Of a stretch of DNA of 64,000 bases, positions 11,301-24,800 are shown one piece after another. Location: positions 10,230,001 through 10,294,000 of the forward strand of contig CM120641.1 in the NCBI GenBank assembly GCA_051362555.1, read 5' to 3'. Source of the DNA: Lingula anatina. Lineage: Eukaryota; Animalia; Brachiopoda. The translations under genes were made by a program, and so were the position numbers. Position 1 is the first letter of the stretch. Every line of letters starts with the position of its first letter. The notes under the pieces were generated by a model. It was not told the DNA's origin. It searched no databases and was given only the letters and a program-made list of their open reading frames with translations.

Positions 11301-14300
11301 TTTTTCCCATGATTTTGTTATAAAGTGTAATTTTAAACAAATGGTGGTGTCCCTTTTTTTTGTACCATACGTACCGAATGTGTTAACTCTAGCTGGTGGT
11401 ACAATACCTGGAGACAGTATCGCATCTCTGATCCTCTAGTTTATTTATACTCTTTTTTAATTTGCAACATTTTTATTCCCAAGAAAATGTCATTTTGGTC
11501 ACACCACTTCCTGTGGTAGACCACACAGTCAGTATTTCACATATAATGAATAATCACATTCTAGTTCTCAAACAATGGTAATTTACTTCCTAATTAGAAG
11601 TCTGTATGCCTCTGATATATCACGCAACATTAAAACTACCAACAAGCAAGATTATTAATAATTAGTAAACAATTAGTGAAAGATTTAGTTTTATTTAGGC
11701 TATTAGTGAACCTTTTGGTTGTTTGCAAATTATTAATTACCTTTATTCACACCATGATCTAATAGAACAAATCTTTCATCCAAGATGTGATACAAGTAAA
11801 TTTTCCTGATTATTTTTCAGACAAATTTAAAAAAGTTCTTCATGAATTGTCTGGGTTTTTGTATAGGACATTAAATGGCTGTAAGGTTAGCTGTCTGCTT
11901 GAGGGGCTTTGTGGTACAGCTAAATTAAAGCAAAGTTGGTCATTTTACAATACACCAAGACATCCACATATTGGCATTGCTTTGAGCTTTATGGTACCAT
12001 GATTGAAGCCAGTTGCTGAAAAACAATCCCTCTTGTTTTTAAAGATATCATATTTCAAATGATTGTGTTACATATTGAAATGTTAGTATCCAGATGCTAA
12101 CAATCTTTCTATCATGTTACCCTATTTCTTGATTTATTTTATGTATGACAGGCAAAAGCAGCTTCCATTCCTCTAATGCCAATTAAGTAGGTTAAATCCA
12201 TCTTTGCATTTAATGGGATTGGAGTGACCAAGGCACACCCTAGCCATCCTTTTCAAAACATAAGGTTTGTAGGTTATATCTGAAGATAGGTTGACATTTG
12301 AAGATCAATAAGATTATAACTATGGTCTGGTAAATAAACCAATGAAAACTATACAGCATGCTGTCAAATAAAGATCTTATCATCCAAAGTGTAAATTTGT
12401 CTGTTTGTTAATAGAACACCTTAATTGAATTAACCTTTTGATTATAATCATCAGGCTTGCTAGGGAACTTGACTGGCTTCCCATTTCTGTGTTTCTTTCT
12501 TCAATTTCCTGGATATTTACTATGTTGTTGGACTTAATAAATTTTTGCTTTGCCACAAGTAGTATTCTTGTGATCTTAGGAAATTAATCTATACATTTCT
12601 TAAGCAAATTATTTTCTGTGATGTATAAGGCAGGCAGCATGATCTGAAAAAATACTTGACCATCTAAAAGAAATTTCTTATAATTAATACCGCCTGCAAT
12701 GCCAGAGGAAGCAATAAAGCCTGGGGATTGGTTTTAAGAATGTGCATTTACGTGACTGTTATTTCCCGCATAAGAATTTATTGTTGGTCTCTTACTTTCC
12801 ATTTAATGTCACCCGAATTTTTTGTTTGATCGATACAGTGTAATTTGATTCATGGCATGTTTCAAGACAAGCAAGAGAAATTTGTAATTTCCCTGGTGCT
12901 CTCTGTCTAAGTGATTGATGTAGTTTCTCACCTGTTGTAGGCTTAAGTTTGATGGAAGTGTGAATGGACTTTGGGGATGGGGGGTGGAGATAGGACAGAA
13001 AATATCCCTCGATCCCATTTTCAATGATGTCTTACAATTAGGAACAATTAGGAAAAAATGGATACAATTATTAAAAGTATACTTTTTGTTATTTTCTTTC
13101 AAGTTATATTTCATATTAGGGAATATAAAACTTAATTTGGAATTTTTTTACCTTTGGGAGAGAGGTTAAAGGATTTAAAGTAAAAACAATCACTACTTTG
13201 AAAATCATTTTCTCAAAACACATAAAGCTTACACCTTTTATATTTCTAATGTGTGCAATCTTTTTAAGGTGATTTATTCTATTGGCCAAGTTTTGAGTTA
13301 TATAATTTTTATTTTTGCTTCCAGTTAAATGCAATGATTGCAGAGGGGTGGTAATTACATTACTGGGAAAGCATTAAACATGCCTGTTAGGCCGAAGTGA
13401 AAGATATTGTAAGAGCAAAAATCAATGACCAGGGTGACAGAAAAGATTGTACAAATATTTGTTTTAAATTAAATTTTAAAATTCATTTTTATGTTAAAAC
13501 AAGTTTGCAAACATCATCACTGATTTGAATTTATGTTGATAATCTCTGAACAATTTTGATACTAAGTTAATGGTTTAAGATAGGTATCAGTGGACAAAAA
13601 GCAATCCTGTTAGTTGTATTTAATGTTCCAACATAAAGAACATTAAGAAAACCCCTACGGGAATGGTGCTCATTTCGACATCAACTTCATCATTTTACCT
13701 CTTAATTTCATTGAAATAAAGTATTATATTTGTAATTGAACTGGCTTGTAAATGGCATTTTTGGAAATTGTGCATGCCACGTATTTCAGAACATTTCAAG
13801 TATTAATTAATTGTTGTTTTTTGCTATGGGAGCACGGAGGTGTTATTTAACATAACCAGACCCATATTAATGCATTGAGATTACATTTTTTATTGGTAGC
13901 CATGTGAACAATTTGAACACAAATTATACAGACAGATTTTTTCCTTTTTATTTGTCATGTGTCTGTATGTAATCTGATCACTGTGTCTGTCCATACAGTC
14001 ACCAAAACTTTTGCTGTCCAATTGTTGTTTATCCTATAACTGCTAAACAATATAATTGTTTTAGTTCAAGTTTACTGAGTGGATTTGTGTGGAAAAAAAG
14101 ACTTGCCCAGAAAAGTCAGCATACTTAACTTATCCTGTTTGAGCTATGATCAGCCTATAAGGCTTGTCAGCATCCTCTCCTCCCCCCTACCAAAAAAAAA
14201 AGCATGGTCAGATGATTTTTTTGCAAAAGTTACTTTTTTTTCATTATTTTGGCATCATTTGCTTCATAAGCATCCCAATTTTTCTTTAAATTAGCTGATT

Positions 14301-14859
14301 GATTGTATAGTAAATGAAAATCAGTACTGGATTTTTTTTTTTTGCTTGTTTGTTGGTATTTAATTGTTGCCGCTGTTAGGTGTCTGTGTATTTGCCAACT
14401 TTACTGTCTTATTTTATAACTTGACCAAGGTCATTGACTGCCTTTGGGATATCTTACTGACATCTATTATTTGGAAAGTAATTAGATGGATAAGTTTGCT
14501 GACGTTCACCCACAGTTCACGTCTGAATAGAACGACTGTAATGACTCTCATTCACAGTATAGTTCATTCTCATAAGATGTGCTTAACACCTGGAACAAAA
14601 TGTACTTACCTAAAATGTGAAAATGTCTGGTAATTTCCATTCAGCATACTGAAAAATATAAACATGCTTTCTCATTTTCTTGTATTTTCCCTGCAACGTT
14701 AACACATTAAGATTCAGATAACATAATGTAAATGAATTTTGTAAAACTTTTGCATATTTTAACAATTATATAGAACCTTTTGGAATCCTGTCTCTTACCT
14801 TGCAGATACCAAACCAAATTTAAAAGGACTATCTTTTTTCTTTTTGTACTTTTTTTTAT

Positions 14860-14861
14860 AT

Positions 14862-14936
<75 letters not shown>

Positions 14937-14937
14937 T
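14860..14937. repeat. (TTTA)n microsatellite
   Basis: Direct reading. Confidence 0.97.
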
Positions 14938-17858
14938 GAGATAGAGTAGGATGGAAGACCACAGACCAATAATAACTAGTAAGTAGGAGTTGATCAGATA
15001 TTGTGGTCAAATTATAATTCAAATTATAACTAATAACAAGCAGATACCATGAATTATTTGAATAAATATTAAGGGCTGTATATGAATATGAATAAATAGT
15101 AAGGGTTTTCAGAAGTTATACAATAGTCTTAAGTGCATATAACATGCTGTTCAGCTCTGTTTGAGCTCACATATTTTTTATCCCTTAGGCTGTCTTGTTG
15201 ATAATTGAAAATTTTTGGATTAGTACCAGGATATTAAGTTGTTTACTTTGCTTCAAAGAGAGTTTGTGTTGAATAAAAGGATTAGATGTTACGATTTTGA
15301 TATTCTCTTTACTTTAAATTTTATTGCTCAATCAGTGTATGGACTTGTGGTATTTACATGGCTGAGAATCAATTTGTTTGCTTCACCTATAAAACAATTA
15401 ACTCTTTTGCTTCTTCATAAGGCAGGGTTTCACAGAAAATAATCATTACTGCTTACAGGCCTCACAAGGCAATTTTATTTGTAAGGCATGAGGCTCTATG
15501 ATGAACATACAAAGTGAACATTCAGATATTGAATACAGGCGTGATGTAGGGAAAATGTCACGCAAAAAAGGCTTAAGTACCTCACTAATGACCAGCCAGT
15601 TAGAGCTGTGGAGGCTACAAGTAAATGAGCTTTAAAAATTACTCTTAATTCTTTTTGTTGTTAAAAGAACAAATGAGTCAAAGTTTATCTGACAGAATTT
15701 TTAAAAATAGTAAATTGTATCAAATAAAAAGTGTATGTATCTTAGCTATTGAAAAAAGTAAGATTGACAGTTTTAACTTTAAGAGAAAACTGACTCTAGG
15801 TCATTTCAACAGATTTTACAGTGTTGTCCCTTTTTTTAGACAGAGCTTCATCTACTTAACCAATGAGCAAGCCCGGTGGTAATTAAAAAGAAACCCTTAA
15901 ACTCATGTGGGTGTTCTTCCAACATGCAGATTCCCAGCAAGATTTTTTTACAGAGAATGGTTAACCCAAACAGTGGGTATTTTTGAGAGAGAAAAAATCC
16001 TGACATTTTAACAGTTCAGTGACGTTAACCTTTTCCTGTTTTGCTTCTCTGTCCTGGCTCTAGGTTTAAGGTGACTGACAGTATATTATTTCCAACAAAA
16101 ATGTTCAAATACCCTCTGTTTTTCAATACTAGCAAAATGTGGATGTCTTTTGTAATGGATAAAGATGATATCATGTACCAGAAGATGATCGGATATTACA
16201 GATCATAATTTTATTTGGCTGTCTCATTGTCTGTATTCTGTCTGATGCTAATTTTCTTGGAAAGTATGTCAAGGATGATAAACTTGAAGATATTGTAATA
16301 AACACTGATGGTAAATCCATGTAGCTACTTAGCCCTTTACTATGTGAATGAGTAAGAAAATTGAAAATACCAGGTAATTTCAGCAAGATTAAGGAAACTA
16401 TCAAGGAGGAGCCCTCTATTTAGCAAAAAGGCATATTTAAGTAATAGTAATTTGTTTTCAATTAAGTAAGAGCAAGGTTCACTGAGAAGAGAGTATAATT
16501 AGCATCATCCTACAAGTCTGATACTTCTAAGTTACTTTCTTTTCAAATAAATCAAGAGTAGCATGCACATTTAGCATCAGCTAAAAGAAAGTGTTGAAAA
16601 TAAAAGATATATCATGCACCATGTAACTCATAAGATTTTGATGTTAAAATGTACTTAAATGGACAAGTTCTTTTCCCATGAGAAGATTAAAATATCAACT
16701 TGTAGTGTTAAATTACTATTGATTCAGGCCAATAATTGCATTGCTACATACGCACACACACACATAAGAAAACAACAACAACAGATCAAATTTTAGGAAA
16801 TTGCAAACTTCAAATAAGAGTAGGTAATTCACCAGGGTACCATTAATAAGTAACAACTTCAGAAGGTAATCTGTTCATTCATCCTGTAGCATTAGCCTTC
16901 TGGGCAGACATAAAATTTAATTAGAAGCAGTTTTGTGATATGAATTGATTTTAGCAGAGATAACAAGGTGTTTGGGCATAAACTCTTAACACAATAATAT
17001 GATTAAAATAAATCTCACAGCTTCTAAATTGTGGATAATGAGTATAGGTGATTGCTGCTATAAATACCATCTATCTACCTGCAGCCTTTTAAAAATGCCA
17101 TACAGTGGTATATAGTTTGTAGCTTACACCCATGAAATAATGTTAATTTGTGGTTTTTCTATTTTTTTCATTGTCAAATACATCAAATGACTATGTAGTT
17201 GACTTTTCAAATTGTAGTGAAAAATGGGCATATTCATCATACAAAGGATTACATGACATAAGCCCTTATCAAGAAAGTGAAAGGAAAATTAAGTTAACTT
17301 TTGAAAAAAATGTTATGTGCATCTCCTAAGAAAAAGAATTCTGAAAATTATATTTATTATTTAAGCGTAAACCCTAATAATCCAAGTTGTTGAGTTGGTT
17401 ATGCCTTTAAAAGTGCTACTGACCATTATCAGCTGGATTGAATAAGAATCCATTAATAACATAAAATGTTTGAGCATTATGTCCAAAACCAGCTGGTAAA
17501 AAGCCCTTTAAGTGGTAATGGTAACTGGTTAATATCCTAATAAACACTTCATGCTCAGAACTTTCTTAACCCAAGTGTACTCAAGGGTACCAACACATGC
17601 TATGTGCCAATGCAAGAAGTAGCCTTCGATGGACATGCATGCCTATAGACATGCCTATCCGGCAGTGTTGAAAACTCAATCAAACCCCTAGTGAGTTGTT
17701 CCACTGAAGATATCAGACTTTACTGTTTTATTTGTTTCCCTTGATTGAATATTGATTGAGAAAACCACCGTTTGTGTATGGTACTTACCACACTGAATTA
17801 TGTCATGTACATACTGCAGGGGAAAGATTTTACATAACATGAGAAATAACGGAAGTTT

Positions 17859-17859
<1 letters not shown>

Positions 17860-17905
<46 letters not shown>

Positions 17906-17918
17906 GGGGGGGGGGGGG
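17860..17918. repeat. Poly(T) run followed by poly(G) run
   Basis: Direct reading. A similar T-then-G junction occurs near 37190-37214. Confidence 0.95.
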
Positions 17919-18618
17919 TTGAGTAGTAATCATGGTTAACCATTTTGCATAGTTATGTAAGATCGCCTAATTAGAGCAAACAGTGAACTATTCAGGTCTT
18001 CTTACTACCAGACAATTTTATTGCTATTTCCATGTGGTTTTACAGTTTTTTTTTCTATTTCTGCACAATTGACAGATTTCTGCATATCCTAATGATACTC
18101 CACACAGTTCTACCAATATTCCGTTTTCACACATACTTACAGGTTTCCCATCTCTGTTATGGTGTATATTCCTCTAGAAGTGGTCCTTCACCTGAGATAC
18201 ATTGTGTATTACTGCATGCAATTTTTCCGTGGGCGTATCTTACATATAACTATGAATGTAACAGTTACAGATTTATAATCATATGTGGTAGATAGCTATA
18301 GCCATGGCTGCTGTTGCAGGCACTGATACATTAGTATTTAATGTACTCTTCCTTAATTGTCTTTCTTCTGCCTAGTAAACTCTACTAGTTCCTGTAACTG
18401 ACTCCAAATTATGTTTCCTTAATGATCAAACGAGCTGTTTTTTCATTTATTCCCATTAATTTTGTAATACAAAATTGAGTATTACCATTGCAATTCAGAT
18501 GTATATTGCCACAATTTGGTGTGTTCTTGTTTTACTAGACTCAGAAGAAAAATCAGAAAACACAAAATAAAAAAAAAACATACACAAAACATTCATTTCC
18601 TGAATAAAATTTGCCTTA

Positions 18619-18845
18619 CACCCCATTTCCATAGATTTTTAGATCGATCTATCCCTGTGGGGAGTCTTACTAGATTACTGGCAGCTTGGCCGGCTTAAGC
18701 GTCTGTCCCGCCTACTAAAAAGCTGTAAGGGGGTAATTAACTATAGTGTCCGCACGGCTGACTGCAATTTAGCCTGAACCCCCAAGGAGTTAGGTCGATC
18801 TAAAACTTAATCTTTAGATCGATCTAAATCTCTGGGAAAGCACCC
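18619..18845. mobile_element. Hairpin MITE, copy B
   Basis: Flanked by TTA on both sides. Shares GATCGATCTATCCC..GGGGAGTCT..CTA and AGGGGGTAATTAA with copies A and C. Confidence 0.8.
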
Positions 18846-19481
18846 TTAAACCACCAAACAAAGTCATATCCTCAGTCCCCACCATTTTATTCAGTTGAAA
18901 AGTGAGTGATCCTCAATCCAAAACCCCCAATCAACAATGCTCTTAAAAATTAAATGGTACCATTGTTACCATTTGATTCTTTGATTCCACAAGTTTAATG
19001 GAGTCATCTGGCTGTTGTTTTCAATAATTAATGGAACCTTTAGATAGAATGGCTTTCTATGACATCTCGTCTACGTCAGCACAAAAATCCAATGGCAACA
19101 ACTTGGTTTGCTCCAGTAGACCATATTACCATGAACTGGTTCTAAACACATTCAGAATTGATTTTAATGAAGTCTTTTGTAAGGAAAGCTTAATGTTCCC
19201 CAGTAGATTTGGCATAGCGCCCCCAACTCAGTCTGGTGTATATTAGCTTTTAGCAGAGTGATGATAAAATGGGTCTCTAAAAGATGTGCTTTTAGAAAGT
19301 TACATGAGTTCACAATTAGATAGATATATAGATATATATATTGTTAAGGACAGATGTTTCATTTCTAACAAGCTAAATATAGATGCAAGTAATACAAGGC
19401 ATTCTGGCTGTGATTTTATTCTTGTTGTTGTTTTTCCCCACATCTATAATTCCTTTCCTTGGCAGTTGATATTTTGTTTTC

Positions 19482-19871
19482 ATTATCTCTGACGAGAGAG
19501 TAATGTTTTTGTTGCTGTAAGTTAGTTAGTTCTTTGTAAATTTATTTGTCTATTTAAAAAACATTATACAACCATTATAAAACTATGGACAGATTTTGAT
19601 GAAATTTTCAGGATAGGTCACACGAATAGACCAATGAAAAAAATTATTAAATTTTGATATGGCTTACCATTCAGACACAAGCAGTGATTTGATTCTTTGA
19701 CACCTCACAAAATTATTTGCAAGCCTCTCAAACCTTTTCCACTTACAGTAATATGAGAAAGACATTGATGACCTGGTCAATGCTTAAAAAGAAAACTGAT
19801 AAAATTTATAAATTGACCTGACTTCTTACACTTGTCAGAGGTGTCTGCACTCTCTGAGTGCTTTTCTAGTT
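19482..19871 (+). mobile_element. Second HINE-like element related to 7836-8072
   Basis: Shares TATGGACAGATTTTGATGAAATTTTCAGGA and the 3' end TCTGCACTCTCTGAGTGCTTTTCTAGT. Subterminal inverted repeat ATCTCTGACGAG (19485) / CTTGTCAGAGGT (19831). Confidence 0.7.
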
Positions 19872-20187
19872 CTAAAAATGTTAATTTCTTATAAAATGCA
19901 TTATTTGATAAAAATATATCAGATAACCTCTGAGACTTAAACGTTCCATGTATTTGAAATTGGCAAACATTATTTTCCTCAAGAAAAATCAGGAAGTAAA
20001 GGGATAATATTTTGTATCATATATATATATATATAAGTCAGAGTGAGTAATTTCTTTTTTAAGGGCAAATATGAACAAGATTGATGAAACCAAAGTGGTT
20101 CAGGTTAAAGTTAGATAACCCTGTCAACACAGCATTAACTTGTGTAATTTAATTACCTTGTAGAATTAAAACAAGTAACTCATCATA

Positions 20188-20638
20188 GGGCTCATTTCCA
20201 ATGAAACTATCATTCTAGATACATGAATCGGACTCCGCAGGGACTCTCGCTGAATGCAATCATATTCACAGATAAACAAGCCTCCTCTAGGTGTTGAATA
20301 GAATACAGAAAATCTGGTTTATGTAAGTTGGGAAGAAGAGGAGATGTGTTTATCTGATTTATTTAGTAAGAATGTTAGGGCGCATTCCCATAGATTTTAG
20401 ATCGCTCTATCCCCGTGGGGAGTCTCACTAGATTACTGTCAGATAATCCGGCTTAAATGTCCGTCCCGCCTACTATACAAGCTGTAAGGGGGTAATTAAC
20501 TTTCGTGCCAACTCGGATGATAGCTATTTAGTGTGAACCCCCAGGGAGTTAAGTCGATCTAGTTGGATCAATCTAATCTCTGGGAATGGGGTCTTAGATG
20601 GATGTATGTAGAACGATAGTTTCATAGGGAATGAACCC
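20188..20638. mobile_element. Outer MITE (Harbinger-like) interrupted by copy C
   Basis: About 37-bp imperfect TIRs GGGCTCATTTCCAATGAAACTATCATTCTAGATACAT / ATGTATGTAGAACGATAGTTTCATAGGGAATGAACCC, with ATA on both flanks. Inner inverted pair CAGATAAAC..CTCCTCT / AGAGGAG..GTTTATCTG. Confidence 0.75.
20378..20593. mobile_element. Hairpin MITE, copy C, nested in another MITE
   Basis: TTA|GGGCGCATTCCCA ... TGGGAATGGGGTC|TTA. Collinear with copy B. Confidence 0.82.
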
Positions 20639-20657
20639 ATAAACTAAACATATTTGA

Positions 20658-21838
20658 AGCCTCGGTCACAACTGGATGCATGAATTTTAGGATCGTAAGT
20701 CCCCTATGAATTGTGGGTGCAGTAGAATCCATGGAGTTTGTAGAGGTAGAGGACAGTTTGCAATGGAAAGGTGCAAGTCTGCCTCGTGAGCCGCAGGGCC
20801 AGGTGAGATGTCCTTTTAAGCAGGGACACTAATTGCAGTATAATCTAGGGGCTCTAATCCTACGCTGGAAAATTCTATGTACGGTACGTGATTCCCGACT
20901 TGGGTTATGCCCGGAGAGAAGAGTAACGCAACACCACCGTTTAGTTACCAAAATCAAAACTCATTTATTTCCCGGTCGTAGCCTGATATTATACCTAACT
21001 TGTCGTGACAGACTTATATCTTTATTGTGACTTCACTATAATTAAAGAAGATAAGATAAGAAAAAGATTAACGTTAGAAAAGAGATATAAACTTCAATTG
21101 AAACTTATTACGAGTCTCGCACCCAAGCCCGTGTCTCTGATCAAATAAATTTTCATTTTTATTAATGTTACATTTTACTGGTCTGAACAGCACGGCAAAA
21201 GTAGGTCCTTTTTGCTTCACACTTGCCTCACATGCTTGTGATGACGTACTGACTGCGTACGTCAGTTTTGCCTCCTGTTCTCCCGTTCTTTTTTCTTCCT
21301 CCCCTTTCTTCTCTGCTCTATAAGCTTCTTGCCCTTGCCTTTTGGAGGTATGTCAGAATCTGAATTGAGCAAAATTCCAAAGTTTTGAAAATTGTTGTAC
21401 ATATTGCACAATTGACATTAATTGTCGAGACACAAGCGTGTGTCATGAGCCCACCTTTTATATTCCTGGCCTGGGGGTGACGCATGTGCCATGCATTCCT
21501 GCTGTGCTTTTGTCTTTGTTCATTAGCTGTGAGGGCGTGTGCCTTACTCACCATGCAAAGGGCACGTGCTTCTTCATTGTTTGCGACATGCATCTTGGAC
21601 CACGCATGTCTAACATGTGAACTCCTTGCTAACTCCTGGCGAGGGGAGCAAGTTATACTTGTGGCCTTGCTGTTCACATAAAATTTTTTGGACATGTCCA
21701 ATATCCTCTTTATGTGCCTATGGGCTGTCTGCAAACTCCAAATTTTGCAAGAAGGATTTGAGTGCCACGTGAGATTCTTTGCAAAATTTGGATGCAAACA
21801 GGCCGTTAGAGCCCGTACGGCCGGTTGTGACTGAGGCT
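20658..21838. mobile_element. 1.18-kb non-autonomous TIR DNA transposon (Harbinger-like)
   Basis: 18-bp TIRs AGCCTCGGTCACAACTGG / CCGGTTGTGACTGAGGCT (2 mismatches), flanks TGA/TAA. Interior is richer in GC and CpG than its surroundings. No intact transposase. Confidence 0.75.
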
Positions 21839-24800
21839 TAAGACATTATAATGATGCAAATCCCAGCAGCATTGTAGAGAAAATTATTTACTTGTAGATA
21901 GGACAGAAGTCACTGATTTCTGATTAATAATTTAGCTTTTTGTGAACATTTTGTGAAAAGTTTGTGAATCCAAGTGAATGGATAATGAATCCAAATATCT
22001 GACTAAATGAGCCCTGTGAGTATTTCAAACCGATAGTGTATGATTGCAATTCATTGATTTTTTTATAATCTACTGATTTTTGACATCTACTAAAGTTTAT
22101 CCAAGATTCTTACCTTTAGTGAAATGGAAGAATGCCCTTTGGTCATAACCCTGTACAGAGTACTCTGTTTTTGATGTGGATTTTTGCAGGAAGATTTAAC
22201 TTCAAATTAAAACAGTTTTGAAGTTAAGTAATTTTTTTAAGATGCTCAGATTACATGGCAATGTTTCGATAGGATTTCTGCATTTTAGCTCCACTGCATT
22301 TTATAAGAAGCCTTTCCATATACTTAAGATTCATGGGAACAAGCTTGTGTCATCATCTGTCATCAGAAGGGTTTCATTTAGTTTATTGCCTTGTGAGCTC
22401 CCAGAATATGACTGATTCTTTTTTCTCCAAGGAGAAAAAACACTTAAATAATTATTTATGGTGGCTGCACCGAGATGTATCTCATGCTTGTCTGGAAACG
22501 TGGCGAGATCATGTACATCTCCATGGGACTATTTTCCCTCTTTCAGCATTATTGTCTTTGTTCATTGAATAAAAAACATTATTCTAGCAAATGGATGATA
22601 TTCATTCAGAAAAAAAAAAAACTTTTGAGTAAAACAATGACTGGTTGACAAAAACAATTTATTTTAGTTGTGGCTCTTATCTATAATTCTTTTGCAGTAT
22701 TTCTGAAAATTATTTGTCTTAGCCTTATTTGTTGTGAATGATGTAGTGGTGATGCCCATATTTGTAATTGCATGTATGAGCATAACTTCAGAGGCATAAC
22801 TTTTTATATTTATTTCTTTGGATTCTTTAGCAGTAGTCGTCAGATCAATGACAGTTCATTGATAGCAGCAATATTTGGATTTGGTGCATTTTCATAAGCA
22901 ACATAACAAATCTGATAGAAATGAGATGTGACTGCACTAAGATGTGATCAGATGAGCCCATGGTAGAGACTCAATGCATGAAATGTGAAGTGACAACATT
23001 CATGATCTGCTCCTGTATTTCTTAAGCCCCAGACACAAGATTAATCGCTTTAATTATTTTTCTGTGACTTGGCGTAGCATTCATGAGCTCAACACTGGAT
23101 GTATTAATCCTAATGAAGAGTAGACTTCATTCTCTCGAGTACAATGTTTCCAGGCACCAGGAAGTATATTGATATCTACTAAAATGCCCACATCAAAGCT
23201 GCTGTAATGTCCTGCCACCTTAGTACACTGGACCGTCAACTCAGGTTATTGAAAACTAAGAAATATCAACCTCTTTATAATGTTTCTCTCTAGCATTAAT
23301 GATGATTATTTGGGTAGCAAATTAAAAAGGGTATCCAGTATTATTCTGTGGTTCCTGTAATAAAGATCTTTTTTGGTGTGTGTAAATGTGTCCTTATTTT
23401 CTGCTCCTAGTGACATCAGCATGCGTTCAGTTTTCATGTTCAATAGGTAAGATATGGAAGACTACAAGGTACAAATCTGTATGTTCAATGTCTTATGAGC
23501 AATCGATATAATCCGACTACTGAGACTAGAATACAGGATAAACCCATTTTGATTTGCATATCTACTTTGACAGGTCATGTTTAGTTATAAAGTTTTTTTA
23601 CCTGTACCACAGAAAGAGGTAAATCACAATTCAGGGTGCTTGCCCACTTTTTCGTTGTTAGTACACATTTTAAGTCTAAACAAAATGAAGTTTGACATTA
23701 TTGTGAAACTTTACATTATCAAATTAAAGTGCGGGAGACTTTTACCTAGAATGATGGATAAATTTGATAATGGTTTCATGCTATGTAAACCATGTGCAGA
23801 TACTACTTCGTGCACCACCAGTTCATTGGGGTTACGTTGCTCTTCTGTAAGGCTGTTGCTCTCTGCGATCTTCCATTAAATCTGTGCTCTCTATTGAATT
23901 CATGGAACTTGACTTGAATGGGGCAGTTAATTGTCATGAATTGTAGCTAGCAGCTTGGAAATGGTTAAGTGCATGCAAACATTATCTTATTTTGATGTGA
24001 AAAATCTGATGTGAGATTATTTTGTAAGTGCTCCTTGGAGTTAAATCTCAGGTTCTTCTTGTTAAGTCCTTTCCAGTTTATTATACCTTCAAGGTGGATT
24101 TACCCATTACAGAATGGCTATGAAGCTAATTCTTTGGAACATGTGGGCTAAGATAATTATAATAGGTTTTTTGGTCAAAGTAATACCTCAAATTTAGTGA
24201 GAATTGTTCAGGGAGAACAGATTTTATGAGTTTTGCACAGGAGGGAAAAAGAAAAGGAATAATTATTTTAGATGACAGATGACAGAATTTTATTTTCTGT
24301 TTGTGATCTATTGTAATAGTATGATTGCTTGAAAAAAGTAAACAATAAGTGCGTCCAAAATTATGTAAAACTTATTTTGATTGTTGTGAATTTATTGAGT
24401 TCACCATTTTGACAAATACATTTACAAGCTCTTTATTCTTCATAGACTTGAAAATATTTACAACTCAACTCACTGATTTACAAGAGAGCTACTACAAAGA
24501 CCAATAGACTTAAATGAGCACATGTTTTACATCATTTTGGCACATTAAATATTAGTTTTGGATTGTCTCTTGTTCAAAATGTGAAAAGCTTGATTATAAA
24601 GCATATTCACCACATCTCTGAGGATGGAAGTTGTAAGCACATGTAATAATAAAATAAAGCACATAAAATAATCTCAATAACCATAAGACAGTGCTATTTT
24701 CATTATTGCCAGATTATATACCATATGTAAGTTTTTTATTAAATATTAGTTGTCTGATTTGTGTGTTTCTTTGTTTGTTCTATATGTATGGCATTCTTTT

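Larger units (their letters stand above)
10560..11441 (+). mobile_element. HINE-like element with internal tandem core repeats, interrupted by a MITE
   Basis: Perfect 15-bp inverted repeat TATTGTACCACCAGC (10563-10577) / GCTGGTGGTACAATA (11392-11406). 3' end CTCTAGTT. About three internal units of 127-146 bp. Confidence 0.7.

Noticed and set aside
21318-21797. 159-aa minus-strand ORF, the longest non-GPCR ORF
   Set aside because: Lies in the GC-richer interior of a TIR element, has no recognisable domain and overlaps other open frames, so it is most likely a composition artefact.
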